Shown piece by piece: positions 23,343 to 34,354 of a DNA stretch of 64,000 bases. Each line of letters starts with the position of its first letter. Position 1 is the first letter of the stretch. The position numbers were made by a program, and so were the translations under genes. Origin of the DNA: Naegleria gruberi (taxonomy: Eukaryota); the NCBI GenBank assembly GCA_000004985.1, contig GG738860.1; one strand, written 5' to 3'. The notes beneath the pieces are model-generated. The model did not search any database, was not told the origin of the DNA, and saw only the letters and a list, made by a program, of their open reading frames with translations.

Positions 23343-24466
23343 CCTATCATAGAGTTACACAATTTAATTCTCCTCATGCCTCCAATGTCCTTCCACAAAT
23401 ATTGAAACTCTTATCGGAGATTGAAAAGGAAAATCGAGTAAAAATTTTGTATGTTTGTGATGCTGGATCGAGAGCCATGTCGATTCATGATCAATCGGAG
23501 TGATTCTAGTGATTATGATGTTAGATTTGTATATGTTCATCCAGTTGATTGGTATTTGAGAGTTAGAGATGAAGTTGATTTGGAAATTAGAAAGAAGGTG
23601 ATGATTAAATTGGATCATTTGAAAGGAGATGAAACTGAGATTGATTTTGTTGGATATGAATTTAGGAAAATGTTGAGCTATACTGCAAAATCAAATCCTA
23701 CAGCAATGGAATGGATGGTTCAGAGTGAAATTATTTATTATTGTTATGATGAAAAGTGGTTGAAAGAAATGAAAGAATTTTGGAATGTTTATTATTTTAA
23801 TTTAAAGACAATTGGTATGTTCTTTCATTTGCTTTTTATTTACACAATTGATGTTTTGAATAATTTATATTTTACATATTTGGAAATATAGTATATCACT
23901 ATTTGAATATTGCAAAGGATAATTATTGTGATTATTTAAGAAACAAAGCAGAAGTGAATAGAAAAAAGTACATTTACGTAATGAGATGTTTATTGTGGGT
24001 TGAGCATGCCAAACTTTCTCACTTTTCAGCTTGGAAAAATGGACAAACTGTAGAAAAGATTACTCCAATTATACCTGTACCACCTTTCGATGTTAATCTT
24101 CTACTTTCTGAAACATTGGAAAAACAAAAGGAATATTTGGAATATCCTGAAAAGGATAAGTATCCAATACAGTTCAATTTCTTTGATAAGCAAACCCAAG
24201 CTCTTGAACAATTGAATTATTTGATTGATAGAAAGAAGGCTAGTTCTGGGCAATGGACTAAACAACCTAGAATTCCAGTATTAGACGATTGGCTCATGTT
24301 TCTTAGAATGGAAGAAAAAGTTTTTGCAGACAAGATTCTTTCACTAGAGAAGAGAAAGATTGATTGCATTACACAAGAAGAAAAGAACTCACTCCAACAA
24401 CGATTCGATTCTTTATTCTATGAGCATGTTATGGGTTTTGATAAGATTCCATCTGTATTAGAATAA
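23315..24466 (+). CDS. Pol-beta-superfamily nucleotidyltransferase, PF10127 (RlaP/YcgL)-like; frameshift near 23480-23495, intron about 23812-23891
   Basis: ILYVCDAGSRAMS ... SDSSDYDVRFVYVHP (GS...[DE]hDh NTase motif) split over two frames. GTATGT...ATATAG intron joins ...NLKTI-G to VYHYLNIAKDNYCDYLRNKAEVNRKKYIYVMRCLLWVEHA. Confidence 0.45.
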
Positions 24467-24514
24467 AGAGGTGAATTGAAAATGGAATTAATGTCTGCCA
24501 CGAATGCCTGACTT

Positions 24515-25933
24515 TCAATGGTTAACTTCTCTGGTATTTTCAAGATCGATATCATAGTCAACTTCTGGCACTTCTGATTCATGATCTTGGTATAATTCAA
24601 CTTTTTCGCTTTCTCTACGAACCATGAACCTTTCATCTCCTTCAAGACCGAATTCATTGGTGAGGGATTGTTCACGTTCTTGATTATTGGACTCATTTGA
24701 CTCTTCGCTGTTATCACTTACTGATTGATCTTTGTTTTCATCACCCTTGTCTTCGTCATTTGAGTAAGAAGGAGCATTTAATGAACTTGTATCCTTAATG
24801 TTTTGATTTCCAGATTCAACTTGGTCATTTGTTGGAGATTCAATTGAAACACTTGGTTTAGTAGACAGAGTATCCATTCTTGTGTTTGGAGGAAGAGGCA
24901 TTCCACTTTCGTCAACCGTTTTGCTGACCTCCTCTTCTGATTGTTGTGGAACTTCTCCTGGTGGAGAAATAGGCTTTTCATCCTCTTTCTCTAAATTTGT
25001 GCTGTCACTTGTCTGGGAATTAATTGGTGCTTCATTTTCTCCCAAGTTGATGATATTTGGTTGAAGAGGCTCTGGATTAATCATTGGAGGAAGAGGCATT
25101 CCACTTTCGTCAACATTTTTGCTGACCTCTTCTTCTGATTGTGAGGATTGAGCTGGTGGAACTTCTCTTGGTGGAGGAATATGCTTTTCCTCGTTAACTG
25201 AATCTGTACTCTCATTGGCCTGGGAATTACTACTACTATCGTCAGTAGCTGAACCTCTTTCCCTTGGAAGAGGTTCTGTTTGAGAAGAGCTTGTTTCCTG
25301 TGAAGGTGAAAGCGCAATTTCTGGTTCAGCAGTTGCTTTTTCTTCCTTTGGTTGTGATGCTGTTGAAGGATTTTGATTCTCTTCATTCTTAACAGGTTGT
25401 TGTTCTGAAACAGGTCCATCATTTGATTTTTCAGATTCTTCCTTTGGAAGAGGTTCAGAAGTTGGTTCAGATGACTTTGATTCATTTTCAATTGATTTTT
25501 CTGAAGGTTTCTCTGGAATTGGTTCAGATTTCAAACTAGCATCCTGCTTAATTTCAGTATTTTGCTTTTTGTTGGTAGTCCATAAATTACACATTTGAGA
25601 AAGCTCCCTTTTTGACATACCAAGCCATTTCTTTTCCTTTTTAATGTCATCCTTCAATTGTTGTAAATCTAAAGCGTACTGATTCTTCAACAAGGTATTC
25701 TTACTTCCCGAGTGAATGTTTTTAATCAATCTATTAAGAACCCTATTAGCTCTAATCATTTTCTTCATTTCATGCTTACTTCGCATTCTAATATCTAATA
25801 ATTTACATGCGTACTCATTCTCATCTGATACAACAGCACCCTCAACCATGCAAATCATCAGCATCAGTATGATGCTCATCAAGAACAGAACCAACACCCC
25901 AACGGCCCTCTTACCACCCTCTTTTCCCTTCAT
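24515..25933 (-). CDS. signal-peptide/TM-anchored acidic Ser/Glu/Pro-rich protein with internal tandem repeat
   Basis: N-terminal hydrophobic AVGVLVLFLMSIILMLMICMVEGA. Repeated ...EEEVSK(N/T)VDESGMPLPP blocks. Confidence 0.5.
   Translation of the reverse strand: MKGKEGGKRAVGVLVLFLMSIILMLMICMVEGAVVSDENEYACKLLDIRMRSKHEMKKMIRANRVLNRLIKNIHSGSKNTLLKNQYALDLQQLKDDIKKEKKWLGMSKRELSQMCNLWTTNKKQNTEIKQDASLKSEPIPEKPSEKSIENESKSSEPTSEPLPKEESEKSNDGPVSEQQPVKNEENQNPSTASQPKEEKATAEPEIALSPSQETSSSQTEPLPRERGSATDDSSSNSQANESTDSVNEEKHIPPPREVPPAQSSQSEEEVSKNVDESGMPLPPMINPEPLQPNIINLGENEAPINSQTSDSTNLEKEDEKPISPPGEVPQQSEEEVSKTVDESGMPLPPNTRMDTLSTKPSVSIESPTNDQVESGNQNIKDTSSLNAPSYSNDEDKGDENKDQSVSDNSEESNESNNQEREQSLTNEFGLEGDERFMVRRESEKVELYQDHESEVPEVDYDIDLENTREVNH
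24887..25290. repeat. about 200-bp tandem duplication inside the 24515-25933 CDS
   Basis: ggaggaagaggcattccactttcgtcaac...ttttgctgacctc.tcttctgattgt occurs at about 24887 and again at about 25087. Confidence 0.6.
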
Positions 25934-26265
25934 GTTTCAATAATACAAATAAACCAACTACAGTCACACAGATCTACAGTGATATGCTTAGTGGCTTTTT
26001 TTTTGATCTGATATTCTACATCGAATCATCAACCCTGTAAAACGACCTATTGAGATGGTGGAGAACTAACTGTAGTGTGAGGTTGATAGCTGGAGAGCGC
26101 ACATTTAAGCTAGTTATTGTAAAAAATTTAACACTACTGGTTGGAATGGATTGGATAAAATGGCATTGTATAATATGTTTGTTATCCATATATCAGCAAT
26201 TTTCAATAGATTATGAACATTTTGTAAAGTATTATTTAAAATTAATTATTTAAAAATTAAAAAAA

Positions 26266-27145
26266 ATGGCCAGTTTGGAAGAATTGTTGAGTAAACGTAT
26301 TGCAACCCTCTCACAAAATCATACACAATTTCTTCTCACAACCTCGAATGCACCCAAAATAGCCTACTATATGGGTGAAGCACTCGATGCAAAGGATGTT
26401 ACCTGGAAGAAATTTGTAGAGAAATTAAAGGCTGATTTTTCCATTGCGCAAGTGAGTGGTCAAATGATTCGGGATGGTTGTCTGGTTCGGGATGGATTTG
26501 ATATATTGTTCATGCCGGGAGGGGATCCTGCTCAACACGTCAAGTTGATGGGCGAAGAGGAAGGTATGAGGAGAGTGAAGGAATTCTTGTCTCTTCCATT
26601 GAAGGGATATGTTGGATCGTGTGCTGGAGCTTATTGTGCAATGGCTATGGAAACTATGGAAGGTTATCCGAAATTACAGGAATTTATGCCAAAAACTTTG
26701 GATATTTTGGAGGTAATTTTATAATAATTTTTAATTATTTAATCGATTGATGGAATATTGTTACAAATTATAGGGATTTATTATTAAAGATAGAGAAGTA
26801 CACAATTGGAAGAGAGGATTTGGAACATCATATGTTAAATTTACAGAAATTGGAAAGGAAATATTCGGAGAGAAGAGGGATGAAGCATCCATGTTTTACA
26901 GAAATGGTCCAATATTACATGTGACAGATTCATCTAAATGTCAGGTATTATGTGAATATACTAATGAGTTTACTGTCGATCCAGCTGTTCAGAAGGGATT
27001 CATGATTGGAAGTGCTGCCTCAGTATGTGGACGATTTGAGGGTGATAAGGGAAGAGTCTTGTTATTCTCTGCACATCCAGAAACATCTGGTGATGATATG
27101 AATCAATTATTAATCAATTCCTTCAAATTTGTTATCACTCCTTGA
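26266..27145 (+). CDS. class I glutamine-amidotransferase-like (BPL_N-type) domain protein; exons 26266-26712, 26774-27145
   Basis: DILFMPGG ... GYVGSCAGAYCAM (nucleophile-elbow Cys). 61-nt intron GTAATT...TATAG keeps frame into GFIIKDREVHNWKRGFG... Confidence 0.55.
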
Positions 27146-27471
27146 AGAAGAATCAAAGAATTTTGGAACATTTGAATTACCTGAAAAGTGGAGACAATGT
27201 CGGAAAGTTTGAAATAGAATGATGATCATCATTTCTAAAACAATGATCCATTCTAATATCATTCATCATAATACTACAAAATGATAATACTCCAATATAT
27301 ATATTTACATAAAGTATTAATCAAAGTTTTTATACAAGTAAAATTTACAAGCTGAATAGCGACAACTATTAAAAACTGTTCGACAATGAGTAATTATCGA
27401 ATCGTGTGTGATGGTGGTAGTAGGTACTAATATATCTGATGATGAAAACAACACACAATATCATTAGAAAT

Positions 27472-27828
27472 TTAGATTTCACCAAAGGTGTTTTCTCCAT
27501 TGTAGGTTACATACAAGAAACCATCATCGTCCTTTTGTTCTTCATAAAGTTGACTCATCAGTGTGGCGCTTGGTGGAAGAACGTTATTAACGAAAATGAA
27601 AATATTTGTTGTTGAATCAATCTTGATACGTTTACGAATAATATACACAAATTGTGCCACTGTAAGATCGGCAGGAACTAAATATTTCTTCTTATCAATA
27701 TCTGGGAAATTTGATTTATCAGCCTTTTCGCAAATGACTGGAATACGATCAGAGTAACGTTGTCTAATTCTAGAGGCTTCAGCTTGTCTCTTTTCAAAGG
27801 TATTTTCTGGGTCTTCCTTATATTTCAT
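27472..27828 (-). CDS. atg8: ATG8/GABARAP ubiquitin-like autophagy protein
   Basis: [36 protein letters not shown]...[22 protein letters not shown]...[12 protein letters not shown], with near-terminal Gly. Confidence 0.9.
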   Translation of the reverse strand: MKYKEDPENTFEKRQAEASRIRQRYSDRIPVICEKADKSNFPDIDKKKYLVPADLTVAQFVYIIRKRIKIDSTTNIFIFVNNVLPPSATLMSQLYEEQKDDDGFLYVTYNGENTFGEI

Positions 27829-28209
27829 GATGATGATGTTGGTTTAAAATGCTGTTCTTTTTGATTTTTTTAATAAATTATTATTAATTATTTTTAAATC
27901 AAGGAGTTGTTTCACGTTTGTTTTGCTTTGCTTCAAAATAACTTCCAATTCATTCAAATAAAAGGTTACTGGAAGGTAATAGCAATTTGAAGAAGGGACA
28001 TTCGTTGTAGTGTTGTTGATTCTAATTGGTTTGGGGGTAGCCTTTCTTCGGATTTGAAAAGTATTATCTTAATATTCTTCTTATTAAAACTTATTGTCCG
28101 GTCTTTTTTGTATTCGAATAGTTGGAAGAATTTGATTTTGACTTGGTTTGAATTAGTGTTTGTCTCATCCTTAGAATTTTGCTGGAAGGAAATTTTGTGC
28201 AATCTTGGT

Positions 28210-29925
28210 TTAAATAAATTCAAAGAATTCCCGCTCCAAATCTCCCAAACTTTCTGAAGGTTTAAAAGTAGGAATGTTTTCTGAAACAGTTTGTGAAATT
28301 TCTTGAAGGTATCTCAGTACCGATTGTAACCTTTCATCTCTTTGTTGAAGAGGAATAGCACCATTCGAAACTCCTTGAGGAGGCAGTATGGAATTGTAAT
28401 TTGGCATTGTGATAATGAGTGGATTCTTTTGTCTTTCCAATATTTCTTCCATTTCTCTTACAATATTAGAGCATTTGTTTTTGATTCTCAAATATTTCTG
28501 AGAGAGTGATTGAAGAGCACGCAAATCCTTTTCCAAAACTTGAAAATAATCGACATATAATGATTTACCATTGGTTATGAGTGGAAGATTGTTTTGTCTC
28601 AACCCAGATTCAATTAATTTACAAATTTCAATGTGAATTTCACTAACCAACATGATGATAATCCCAGCATCAGAATAAATGTATCTTTGTTATTCAATAC
28701 AAGATGTGAGATACATGCTGAATACATGCAATAAACTTACTTGAAAAGTTCATGTTCAGTGGACAGTGTAATTTTGAGAGCCATTTCCTCGACTAGACTC
28801 CTCAATTCTGGAATATTTCTGTAGAAGGATAAGCTTGTAGAATTGTAAGTGAAAATAATGTGTAATTGCATAAATTCTGTAAACCTTTCAGTTCTACAAT
28901 CATTAAATAGTTTAAAATGTTCTGATTTGAGTGAAACGACAACTTTGAATACAAAATCAATTACTTGTTTGAATAGCATACAATTTTCAGATGTGACTTT
29001 TGCTGTTTTCATATAATCTAATGTTCCAGTTGTTAATAAATTATCCAATTTCTGATCTACAGACAATTCCACAATCCTTGGCATGTGTTCAATAAACTCA
29101 GGTAATGCACTAATCAATTCATCCATTGACTTGGACAAAAAGACAGTTCTCCTCTCTAAATTCTTACATATAATATCAGTTGTATCTTTCAAGCATTCAC
29201 TCACAAAATTTTCAACCATTGACAAGTAAATCTTTCTCTTTAGAATATCTCCCTTTCCGTTATAAAATGCAGACAATTGCTGACATGCACAATACAAGTA
29301 ATAATTCTGGGAATGATCCACAAACAATTTCCCAATTTCCACTTCAGCATTCTTTGCATACTGATCAGCCAAATCCAATTCAGCTCTCAATTGATGATGA
29401 ATAGCCTTTATCGACAAGTAAAATGCATAAATACAATTTACATCTTCCAAATTTGAAATAAACTCATTTTCCTCCAATGAAATCTTCCTCTTTGAAATGT
29501 TCTCTATCTTTCCCAGATAATTATTCAGAAAATGTTCTAAAACGCCACGTTTAATAACTGGATGTCCTACACATATAAAATCAAAATATTCATCAACAAA
29601 AGTTCCATCACCTTCTTTTTTCTTTTTGAGATTTTCTTGATATAATTCCGAAGCTCTTCCTCTTTTTTTAGGTTCTTCATACTATTTAAATATTTAATTA
29701 TTGAATAATTAAATAAATGTAATGGAATTAACTACTAACCACACATTCTAAATTTCTGGAAACACAATAGGAACATTTAGGCTCCAACTTGTCGCACTTT
29801 TTGTGATTTCTTTTGCATTGGACACAGGATGGCGTTGAATTATTGTTGGATTTTTTCTTTTTTTTAGAGTTTGATGATGAGGAACAAGTTGAAGGAGAGT
29901 CGTTAGCATTCTCAAATTCCGACAT
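28210..29925 (-). CDS. Gal4-type Zn(II)2Cys6 binuclear-cluster transcription factor; exons 29925-29740, 29681-28741, 28642-28210
   Basis: CVQCKRNHKKCDKLEPKCSYCVSRNLEC = C-x2-C-x6-C-x6-C-x2-C-x6-C. Intron 29682-29739 (GTTAGT...AAATAG) splices in frame into YEEPKKRGRASELYQ...EYFDFICVGHPVIKRGV... Intron 28643-28740 (GTAAGT...GTTAG) joins ...EHELF-N-EIHIEICK. Confidence 0.6.
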
Positions 29926-30437
29926 TTTTTTTGAATCATGAAAAATTTTGTAACAAATTCAGATATTTTCAAATAGCAAATTAACGTTAACTTTAGAATT
30001 AATTGTTGGAATATTACCTTTGAATATTCATATTAAAACCAATTTCTATGTAATTGCTCTTATAAAAGTATCACCTTATTCATTGACCTTAAATTCTATT
30101 GATTCAACTATACTCTATCCTTTACAATAATTCTAAACCAAAATATTCCATGGCAGTAAATGCGGCCAAACTTTACAACGTTCAGCCAAATGAACTCTGT
30201 TGGCCAAAATATTTCGAATTCGAAAGACATGGAAAAAATGGTGCGCGCTCATTTTTTCTTTCTAAAACAAAAAAAGCGTAAAACCTTGCAAGTGCGCTTT
30301 AAAGAAATTTCATATTTTAAAAAAACTGAATTCATCACTAACCATCATCAAAAACTTCGGAGAAAATTTTGCTCTAGTTGATGAAGAATTTAACGAATAA
30401 TAATACGAGAAGAAATCTACTGAATACAATAACGAAA

Positions 30438-31711
30438 ATGAAGGCTATGATTATTGAGGATTATTGTGAGGAACCAGATTTTAAATTGGTTACCGATTTT
30501 GAAAAACCTAAAGTTTCATCTTCCAAGCAAGTTCTTGTGAATTTAAAGACTGCTTCTGTCAATCCTGTGGATTACAAGTTGAGAAAGGGAGCAATGAAGA
30601 TGGCTGCATCTATGAAATTCCCAGCAATTCTTGGAAAGGATGGTTCTGGTGTTGTGGAGCAAGTCGGAGCTAAGGTTGATAGATTTAAAGTGGGAGATCG
30701 TGTGACTGGATTCTTGCCAAATAACAAAACTGGAAGTTATGCTGAGTATGCTGTGTTTGAGGACGATGAATTGACACTCTATCCTGACCAATTGACTCAC
30801 CAACAAGCAGCTGCATTTCCATTGGCTGGTAAGTTTCAAGCTAATTATTTTAACTAATTTGGAAATTTATCTTGTTTAAATATAATTGGAATTTCAATTA
30901 ATAATTGATCACAGGATGTACTGTTTTGGAAATGTATAGAAGACATCCACTTATTGGAGAAGTTTTAGATAGAGAAGGTGAAAGTGCCTACAAGACTGGA
31001 AAGATTTCTGATGCACTCACTGGTACAAAGAAGGATTTGAAAATTCTCATTATTGGAGCATCTGGCGGCACTGGTAGTATTGCTGTAATGGTTGCTAAAC
31101 AATTCTTGAGTAGATATTTCAACACCAAGATTTATGCAGTTTGTTCAGAGAGAAATTCTCAATTTGTTACTTCTCTTGGAGCTGATGTCGTAATTGATTA
31201 TAACAAGACCTCTGCAAAGGCCGGTGCTCACACTACACACGCATCTGGTGGTTTGGCAGATAGTATGAAGAGTATTTGTCAATTGATTAGTGAAACACAT
31301 GGTGACAAGTATGTGGATATTGTTATTGACACAGTTGGCGGATATTATTACTATGAGGATGTTTGTCAACATTTGGACTGTAAATCAGCTGAAAAGGGAG
31401 TTACATTCTCAACCATTTCTACACCTAATCCAAACGAATATACTTTGACCTTCTCCAGCTTGGTAAAGATTGGTTGTTACATTTCCTCAAACAAACTCAA
31501 ATCAATGTCCAGCTGCTATCCATCCTATCATATGGTATTTCTTGGAAAGAATGCAAAGGATATGAATTTACTTTTGAATCACATTGTTGTTTCAAATGAT
31601 GCCTACAAATTATTGCCTCTCATTCCATTCTCATTGGAAAATACTAAGGATGCTCACTTACAAATGCAATCTCAAAGAACAGTGGGTAAAATCATCATTG
31701 ACATTGAATAA
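30438..31711 (+). CDS. MDR-superfamily zinc-type alcohol dehydrogenase / quinone oxidoreductase-like; exons 30438-30828, 30915-31711
   Basis: KAMIIEDY...VLVNLKTASVNPVDYKLRKG...FPAILGKDGSGVV...VGDRV...YAEYAV...AAFPLAG|G...LIIGASGGTGSIAVMVAKQF (Rossmann GxGxxG). Intron GTAAGT...CACAG, phase 1. Confidence 0.75.
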
Positions 31712-32279
31712 ACAACTGTAAATAATACTCTTCACTTTCTACTGTAAATTGAAATTCGAAATACCCATAAAAACATTATTAGAAAATTGGGTATTCTACT
31801 GCCATTTCCAAATAAAGAAAACTGGCCATCACCCACGTCAGGTTATGAAATATCCTCCTTTCCCCTTAAATCACTTACTAGAATCAATTATCACTAGCCA
31901 CATTTCTTAATACTCTTAATCACCACACAAGAGATTCAAATAATGCGTTTCATTATCCCTCGAGTAGGGACATTCATTGTGTGACTACATTGATTTAACC
32001 TGGTTTTCTCACTCTTTCAAGTAATACGGATAATATTCCTAACACTGACCCACTCAATAACTTAGTATCACAATTGTTGTAATAACTGATTCGATGTGTA
32101 TGCCCTCTCCCCATAAAAAGAAAGAAAACTCTTTTAAGACTGTTGAACAAATTCAAAAAAAACAACACAAACAAACTCTCCTCCATTCGAACATCTCTCA
32201 AACACGATTATTATAACTGAGCGAGAAAAAACTTATTAACAGTCGGAAGAAGAAGAATAATACATCAAATATATAAAGA

Positions 32280-34276
32280 ATGGCTCCTCAAAGTAATAAG
32301 TATTCTAACAAGGTGGATGATGAAGATTATGAAGATTCATTTTCTGCAGCAATGATGGATGATACCGGAGGTGATAATTCATATGAAAATAATAGGCTTC
32401 AGCTGGAAGAAACAGGAGGAAGACTACACATTGACGATCACCATCTACAAGAAACAGAATTACAAGATGTGGATTTGGTAAAAAGTTCAAATTCTAGTTC
32501 TGCCAACAGTAGAGAACCATTGAAAGAGGATGATGTGGCGGAGTTGAAAGTTATGACAAATACAAAGAAGAGATTGTCACCCAAAGAGATTTTAGCAAAT
32601 ATGAAATCAGTCTTGTTGACAAAGGCCTTTTTACAAACCATGTTATTGAACTTTGCCATTTTGTGCATGTGTATTTCGTGTAAGTTTTACTGTTGAATTT
32701 CATAGTAATGTAATTGATTATTATCCATTTCACATTTTGGGCAAATTATTTCATCATCTTCATCATCTGTTGATCAACATTATTTCAATACAATGAAACA
32801 GCTAGTAGTGTAGGATCACTTATCAATGTTTTTGCCAAACAAACCAATACAGACCGATCTGAAGTTGGTATTGTTTTCACAATCAGAGGTATCGGAGCAC
32901 TTGTGACAACACTTATTGGAGGATTTGTCATGGATGCAATGAAGAAATTTATGGACAAGAAGATTAAGGATCATCACAAGAGAACTCTCTATGAAACTCT
33001 TACAAATTATGCATTGATTATTGTGTCCATTCTCATCATGACTCTTGCATCTGCATTGATGCCTTTTGGTTCTTCATTGTGGTCTCTATGTGCAATCTTC
33101 TTACTGTGGGGTGTAGGGCAGGGATATTTAGGTATTTGTGCTCAAGCTTTATTATTCAGTATTTGGAATGAGATGAAGATTAATGTCACACCATTCTCAC
33201 AATTATTCCACTTTTCTGCAGGTCTTGGTTTATTCTTTGGACCATTTACTGTTTTGGTTGTGAATAGTATTTTGGGAGTTGATAATTCACAAGTTGTAGT
33301 TCCTGCTGATGAAGGTGCTGAATCATTGTCATCCATTTTACAAAATAATGTGACATTTATTAATTCTACCATTGGAAATTCTACTGAGGGAACACCAGCT
33401 GGATTTATTGAAGGAACACTCATTTCCAAGTCTGTTTTGGGAACTAACTTTATTGTCTGTCTCTTGTACTTGCTTTCCATTGGTTTGTTCATTATTTACA
33501 TGGTCTACATGTGGATGAAGAGAAACGAAATCTCTGACGATGTTAAACCAATCAATGATGGAGAAGAGGATGACACTGCTTCTGTTGGTAGTATTGAACA
33601 TGGAGAAGCAAAGAAACCAAATAATTCTAGAACTGTATTCCTTACCAAGCTTTTTGTTACCATTTTGGTTGCTTTGGCTCTTTTATCATACTGTATGGCT
33701 GAGAGCACTTATGGTAACGTTATTTATTCATACTTGACTGCTATGGAATTGGCAGATGACAGTGAAGCAAACATGATCAATTCTGGTTTTTGGCTGTTGT
33801 TCACAATTGGCAGAGGTATTGCCATTCCAATTTCATATTTCATTCCACCATTTATCATGTTACTTGTTGACTTTATTGGAATTACGATTAGTGTTTCGTT
33901 ATTATGGATTTTCTCTACCAATATTTCAGTTTTGTGGGTTGCAAGTCTCTTGTTAGGTCTTTCCATTGCCAGTTTGTATCCAACAACCATTTCAATTCCA
34001 TCATCAGTAATGAATTTGGAAATTACTGGCTTAATGACCAGTTTGATGGTTTTGGGAGGCTCTGGAGGTGCAATGTCTGGTCCATACATTACCCTTGCTC
34101 TCTTCAAGAAGATTAGTCCAAAAGTTATCTTTGCAACAGTTACAATCAGTGTAGTTTGTTTGGCCCTCGTTATTATTTCTCTATTCATTTTCAGCCGTAT
34201 TTACAATAGAAGAAGAAATACCAAAGAAGTTGCCACTCAATCTGAAAAAGTTCATGAAGTTTCTCCAGTTGAGTAA
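32280..34276 (+). CDS. major facilitator superfamily transporter; exons 32280-32679, 32802-34276
   Basis: 12 hydrophobic segments. Intron 32680-32801 (GTAAGT...AACAG) joins ...LCMCIS to SSVGSLINVFAKQTNTDRSEVGIVFTIRGIGAL. Confidence 0.65.
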
Positions 34277-34354
34277 TTTTCTTCAAAGACTTTAAACAAC
34301 GAGAAATCAATTAATTTAGTTTACAATAAAAATATTTATTTCAATTAAAAAAAA

